Source of the DNA: a virus
Length of the DNA stretch: 39,313 bases
Direction: 5' to 3' (one strand)
UHGV virus genome: UHGV-0159558
In this document: one piece after another, positions 36,027-39,313 of the stretch
Layout: every line of letters starts with the position of its first letter
Numbering within the stretch: the first letter of the stretch is position 1
Translations under genes and position numbers: made by a program
Notes under the pieces: generated by a model
The model's database searches: none
Told to the model about the DNA's origin: nothing
Seen by the model: the letters and a program-made list of their open reading frames with translations, nothing else

Positions 36027-36042
36027 CTCTGCGTAAGTTTTA

Positions 36043-36065
36043 AAAAATTTGAAACTTCTAGGTAA
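36043..36065 (+). promoter_or_regulatory. second copy of the promoter-like 24-mer (AAAAATTTGAAACTTCTAGGTAAT)
   Basis: 23 of 24 positions identical to 24366-24391. Confidence 0.4.
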
Positions 36066-36220
36066 TTGTTATACTATTAATTAGAACCTGATTTTTTTAA
36101 TTTAATTTATTCATTACTACTACTTTGATTTTTAAACCCCTAATAAGATATTATCTGTATCTATAAAAATCATTAGGAGGTTAAAAGTAGTAAAAAGTTT
36201 TTAACCGTTATTTACAAAAC

Positions 36221-36269
36221 AAACCCCCACGCTTTTCCGTATTCCTTTAGTGTGGGGGTTTTGTTATTT
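36221..36269. terminator. hairpin AAACCCCCAC-N21-GTGGGGGTTT with T-rich flanks (terminator for minus-strand gene 36268-36822 and/or plus-strand transcripts)
   Basis: 10-bp perfect stem. T-rich on both sides. Confidence 0.5.
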
Positions 36270-36822
36270 ATGGTAACATCTTTTCTCTATCTTTCCAAAA
36301 TCCGACCCTATGTTTTTTAAAAGTAAACTTCAAAACAGCGTTTGTATGCTCTTCACGAGTAAGATTTTTAAATTTAACATCATCTACATAAACACTAAGT
36401 TTACTCATTTCATCATCAGAATATAGATGGTCTATTATTTCTAAAGATCTGTACCAACCTTTTTTTACTTTCATTCTTCCAGCAGTTCTGACCTCACAAG
36501 AAAATTCAGGACCATCAACACGAAACTTTCTACTACTTCCAACGTCGGACCAACCAATGGTTATTTCTGTGTTAGCTTGAATGTCTTTTATCTTATCTTC
36601 AAGCATTATTCTTGCTAGTTTTTCCTTATCCATAAAATCAGTAAGTTTAATTTTAGGGTATTTGTAAAGTCTTTTTCTCCATCCACCTCTTGGACTTTGG
36701 ATTGTTCTTTCTCTAGTGGTATAAAAATATTCTATTGCTCTTTGTCCATCTGTTACTTCATTTTCAGGGCTAATCCCTGCAAAATCTAAAAATAATAAAA
36801 AATCTTCTAATCTTTCAGCCAT
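36268..36822 (-). CDS. hypothetical protein (184 aa)
   Basis: AGGAGG RBS (TAAGGAGGAAGAAAATG). Confidence 0.45.
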   Translation of the reverse strand: MAERLEDFLLFLDFAGISPENEVTDGQRAIEYFYTTRERTIQSPRGGWRKRLYKYPKIKLTDFMDKEKLARIMLEDKIKDIQANTEITIGWSDVGSSRKFRVDGPEFSCEVRTAGRMKVKKGWYRSLEIIDHLYSDDEMSKLSVYVDDVKFKNLTREEHTNAVLKFTFKKHRVGFWKDREKMLP

Positions 36823-36905
36823 TTTCTTCCTCCTTATTCCTGAAGCAAGTGCCCCAGGAACTTATTTATTATATTTTAAATCATACTTTTACTGTTTTCA
36901 ATAAA

Positions 36906-37526
36906 TTAACTTACTTTTTTACTATTCCATAATATTTGTCTAAGATTTTTAAGTTCTGACATAGTTGCAGTATCAGGGTCAATTTCTGTATCTTTACAAG
37001 CTTTTAATATCTCTTCATTTGAATGTTTAGACTTTAAAACATCAATAAATATTTTTCTGTCTTTAGGTGTAGGCATATCATCAGCTTTTAATTTATCTTC
37101 TGCCTCTTTCATTAGTTGCTCTGGTGATTTGAATTGTTCTAAATCTTCACCAGTGTATAGGCTTAGACCTATACCGAAAAGGGCTATATTTTTAACTAGA
37201 CAACGCATTATACTATCACTTATTTGTCTAGTGTTAGGCTCTGCGACTGCATTGTGGCGGTTATCCATTACAGGAAGAAACATTTTTTTAGTTTCTCCGA
37301 ACATTGTTACTGTAGTTTTTACCATGTGACAAGTTCCACGACTAAATAATGGGAATCCGTCGGCGTCTTCCAATACTTCAAATGTAAAGTTTGGGTCTTG
37401 CTCCATAGCTAACTTGTAGGCGTTAGCCCAGCTTATATAATTTAACCCTTTATAATCCTTTTCCACTTTACCGCTAAGGTCTAGCATATACATGCTATCA
37501 AACATTTCTTTTTTCATATTTTCCAC
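36906..37526 (-). CDS. single-strand annealing protein (Erf/Rad52-like recombinase)
   Basis: LNYISWANAYKLAMEQDPNFTFEV and the QISDSIMRCLVKNIALFGIGLSLY segment resemble the Erf/Rad52-type SSAP core (...SYA.K..L..LFGIG). GAGGTGG RBS. Confidence 0.45.
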   Translation of the reverse strand: MENMKKEMFDSMYMLDLSGKVEKDYKGLNYISWANAYKLAMEQDPNFTFEVLEDADGFPLFSRGTCHMVKTTVTMFGETKKMFLPVMDNRHNAVAEPNTRQISDSIMRCLVKNIALFGIGLSLYTGEDLEQFKSPEQLMKEAEDKLKADDMPTPKDRKIFIDVLKSKHSNEEILKACKDTEIDPDTATMSELKNLRQILWNSKKVS

Positions 37527-37548
37527 CTCTTTTTTTAGTTTTTATATC

Positions 37549-37570
37549 AGCTCTCGAAAGGTCAAGAGCT
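37549..37570. promoter_or_regulatory. imperfect palindrome AGCTCTCGAAAGGTCAAGAGCT carrying a half-site of the dispersed TTTCGAGAGCTCTCGAAA motif
   Basis: Seen directly. Confidence 0.3.
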
Positions 37571-37580
37571 ATTATCAAAA

Positions 37581-37742
37581 CTAAAAATATCTTTTATGTA
37601 CTATTGGTTCATCTCCGAATAGGTCATCGGTGTAACTTTTCTTTTTACTACTCTTTGAGAATGTGAAGTAATCAAAAACGCAAAGTTTCCATTTTGTTTT
37701 TGTAGTGTGTTTTTCTTTTCTTGGTCTGTTAAATGCTTTCAT
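37581..37742 (-). CDS. small basic protein (53 aa)
   Basis: GGGGG RBS (TTAAGGGGGTAAATTATG). Sequence is MKAFNRPRKEKHTTKTKWKLCVFDYFTFSKSSKKKSYTDDLFGDEPIVHKRYF. Confidence 0.4.
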   Translation of the reverse strand: MKAFNRPRKEKHTTKTKWKLCVFDYFTFSKSSKKKSYTDDLFGDEPIVHKRYF

Positions 37743-37753
37743 AATTTACCCCC

Positions 37754-38020
37754 TTAAAACAAAACATTTTTTGATTCTTTTAAAAAATGTTCGCAATCTT
37801 TAAAAAAATAACTCAATTCATCAGTAAATACAGTTATCCCTTTTATGTAAAATATAGTGTTATTATCTATATAACAAGTTTCAAATTTTACATTCTTGGC
37901 AACATCTAAAACGGTTAAGGCTTCATACACAATAATCATTTTTAAAGCGTCATCTGTAAATTCAAGTTTTTTGTCTTGTTGTAATAAATAATATTTGTCA
38001 TTCTCTCTTATAATCTTCAT
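37754..38020 (-). CDS. hypothetical protein (88 aa)
   Basis: GGAGGT RBS. Confidence 0.45.
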   Translation of the reverse strand: MKIIRENDKYYLLQQDKKLEFTDDALKMIIVYEALTVLDVAKNVKFETCYIDNNTIFYIKGITVFTDELSYFFKDCEHFLKESKNVLF

Positions 38021-38081
38021 TTCTCTACCTCCATTTTAATTTTTATAGTGGGGCTGGAAGTGTCCAGCCCTGCTATCAAAA

Positions 38082-38273
38082 CTAAAAACCTTGGAAGTTT
38101 AAAAGCTTTTCTACTTTGAAAAATACTTCAAATTTATCATCTTTTTTTAAACTGAAACTGTGTTTTATTTCTCCGCTCTTGTTAGTATAAATTGACATTT
38201 CAAAATCTTTTATCTTGTTATCTCTTTTTAAAATTTCTAACTTCTCCAATGCTTTTATTAATTCTTTTTCCAT
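38082..38273 (-). CDS. hypothetical protein (63 aa)
   Basis: AGGAGGTGG RBS. Confidence 0.45.
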   Translation of the reverse strand: MEKELIKALEKLEILKRDNKIKDFEMSIYTNKSGEIKHSFSLKKDDKFEVFFKVEKLLNFQGF

Positions 38274-38340
38274 GTTCCACCTCCTATGTGTCTATAAAAT
38301 TTAATCTTCAATCCTAATACTCTTTTAAACCATGCCACAT

Positions 38341-38628
38341 CTACCAACTCCCAATCCCTGCGGCGTGTCTATCCCTTCTGTAAGTATCTTCTAAATCTTT
38401 GGAATAATTAACACCCTCGTCAATATCATCTTGCAAATTTTCGAGAACTCTCGAAATTGCTTTTTCGAGCGTCTCGGCTCTGTAACTTCTTACAGGTGTA
38501 TCAATTTCTATTTTTCCATCTTTGGTGATCTCTATTGTTACATGATCATCGCAAACAACAGTATCGAAATTGTTTTCTTTTAATATTTCTTGGATTTTTC
38601 CTAATCCTTTTAACATTTTATCTAACAT
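38341..38628 (-). CDS. hypothetical protein (95 aa)
   Basis: GGAGGGG RBS. Confidence 0.45.
   Translation of the reverse strand: MLDKMLKGLGKIQEILKENNFDTVVCDDHVTIEITKDGKIEIDTPVRSYRAETLEKAISRVLENLQDDIDEGVNYSKDLEDTYRRDRHAAGIGSW
38438..38455. promoter_or_regulatory. near-perfect copy (TTTCGAGAACTCTCGAAA) of the dispersed 18-bp palindrome, inside gene 38341-38628
   Basis: 17 of 18 positions match the perfect copies. Confidence 0.4.
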
Positions 38629-38831
38629 CCTAACCCCTCCAATTCTTTATTTAATGCCTCAAGGTCGTTGATAGCTTCTAAAAGAATATCCTCTAGGCTA
38701 TCCCCTGTATATTCCCAGTCGGAAAAGTTTATACAAACATCTCCATTGTAAGAATATACATTAATCCTTTCAGCTACTCCGCAACTACTTGCAAGAGTTA
38801 AAGCTTTTTTTAATAAATCATCTATTTTCAT
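38622..38831 (-). CDS. hypothetical protein (69 aa; internal start of ORF-track entry 38622-38939)
   Basis: GGGGGA RBS precedes ATG 38831. The longer ORF would overlap the next gene. Confidence 0.4.
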   Translation of the reverse strand: MKIDDLLKKALTLASSCGVAERINVYSYNGDVCINFSDWEYTGDSLEDILLEAINDLEALNKELEGLGC

Positions 38832-38863
38832 ATAGATTCCCCCTTTTAATTTTTTGTGGAAGC

Positions 38864-38877
38864 TCTCGAACGTTCGA
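38864..38877. promoter_or_regulatory. 14-bp palindrome CTCGAACGTTCGAG, related to the dispersed motif (GAGCTCTCGAA half-site)
   Basis: Seen directly. Confidence 0.35.
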
Positions 38878-38893
38878 GGGCAACCATAAAAAA

Positions 38894-39040
38894 TTAAGCT
38901 CTGAACCATTTGAATTGATATAATTTTGAATATGTCCAATCTTCCAAGCTCTCTATTTTGTCACCTGCTTTTTTAAATCCAAGGTAGTATAAAGAATCTT
39001 CTACCACCCAAAATATTTTTAAAATTATTTTTCTTAACAT
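38894..39040 (-). CDS. small hypothetical protein (48 aa)
   Basis: GGGGG RBS (AAAGGGGGTCAAATATG). Start overlaps the upstream stop (ATGTTAA). Confidence 0.35.
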   Translation of the reverse strand: MLRKIILKIFWVVEDSLYYLGFKKAGDKIESLEDWTYSKLYQFKWFRA

Positions 39041-39159
39041 ATTTGACCCCCTTTAAATTTTTTTACCATTTCCCAGATATCATTGACGGTTGTTGTTGCT
39101 GGGTCAATCCCAAGTTCTGCCATTCTTTTTGTGATTATTATTAGTTCTGTTAATCTCAT
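39034..39159 (-). CDS. small hypothetical protein (41 aa)
   Basis: GGGGG RBS (AAAGGGGGCTAATTATG). Sequence is MRLTELIIITKRMAELGIDPATTTVNDIWEMVKKFKGGQIC. Confidence 0.35.
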   Translation of the reverse strand: MRLTELIIITKRMAELGIDPATTTVNDIWEMVKKFKGGQIC

Positions 39160-39172
39160 AATTAGCCCCCTT

Positions 39173-39313
39173 TTATAAAATCCCTGCTTTTTTTAGAACT
39201 TTATAATCTTTTTGAAGTTCTGAATAACAATTTTCTATACATCTAAGTAAGTCAGGGTGTGTATAACCTATCATTTTTCTTGTTCCGTCAGGGTATTTAA
39301 GTTCTACCCTGTA
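39173..39313 (-). CDS. hypothetical protein, C-terminal part (gene starts beyond the right edge of the window)
   Basis: Open minus-strand frame to the window edge, ending ...YRVELKYPDGTRKMIGYTHPDLLRCIENCYSELQKDYKVLKKAGIL with TAA at 39173-39175. Confidence 0.35.
   Translation of the reverse strand, partial: YRVELKYPDGTRKMIGYTHPDLLRCIENCYSELQKDYKVLKKAGIL

Noticed and set aside
35841-36065. 74-aa plus-strand ORF
   Set aside because: No RBS. The region is better explained by a promoter, two hairpins and a terminator, that is a small non-coding RNA.
36170-36200. Orphan AGGAGG followed by GTAGTAAAAAG with no start codon
   Set aside because: No ATG, GTG or TTG at suitable spacing opening a frame. 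Possibly part of a non-coding transcript from the 36043 promoter-like element.

Overview
AT-rich (~30% GC) bacteriophage genome segment that looks like a phage-plasmid (episomal prophage). It probably comes from a low-GC Firmicutes or Fusobacterium-like host. No integrase, tRNA or CRISPR array was seen.

Left edge (1-1022) carries small minus-strand genes. 1100-3300 is a lysogeny-type regulatory module: an operator palindrome, an XRE-family HTH regulator, a membrane protein, a small ORF translationally coupled to a frameshifted AbrB/MazE-like ORF, and a Cro-like HTH protein. 3290-5077 holds a rolling-circle replicon: a hairpin- and repeat-rich origin-like region followed by a Rep_trans-family initiator with a pT181 RepC-like active-site motif. 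5068-9890 is the head module on the plus strand: small terminase, GNAT, portal, scaffold and major capsid protein. 9963-14440 is an island of about 17 small genes placed between the capsid and virion genes. It includes a dimeric dUTPase and three tandem Cys4 paralogs whose conserved C-termini are encoded by the next gene's RBS. 14433-24343 encodes large virion or internal proteins, one of them 1630 aa with an HExxH motif. 24.35-24.5 kb carries an 18-bp palindrome, a promoter-like element and tandem terminators. 24507-30781 carries the large terminase, two collagen-repeat tail fibres, a GH24 lysozyme and two small membrane proteins, one of them TM plus coiled coil (i-spanin-like). 30.9-32.5 kb is a terminator-bracketed accessory cassette with an RHH protein, a glycine-zipper protein and two small proteins. 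32.5-39.3 kb is a plasmid-maintenance block on the minus strand: ParA with a partner protein, a Rep_3 initiator with six 21-bp iterons, a small RNA candidate, an Erf/Rad52-like annealing protein, and small ORFs with GGGGG-type RBSs. A recurring TTTCGAGAGCTCTCGAAA palindrome (candidate parS) is dispersed through this block and also lies upstream of the large terminase gene.

All calls rest on reading the sequence, RBS and start context, and remembered family motifs. No database search was run.
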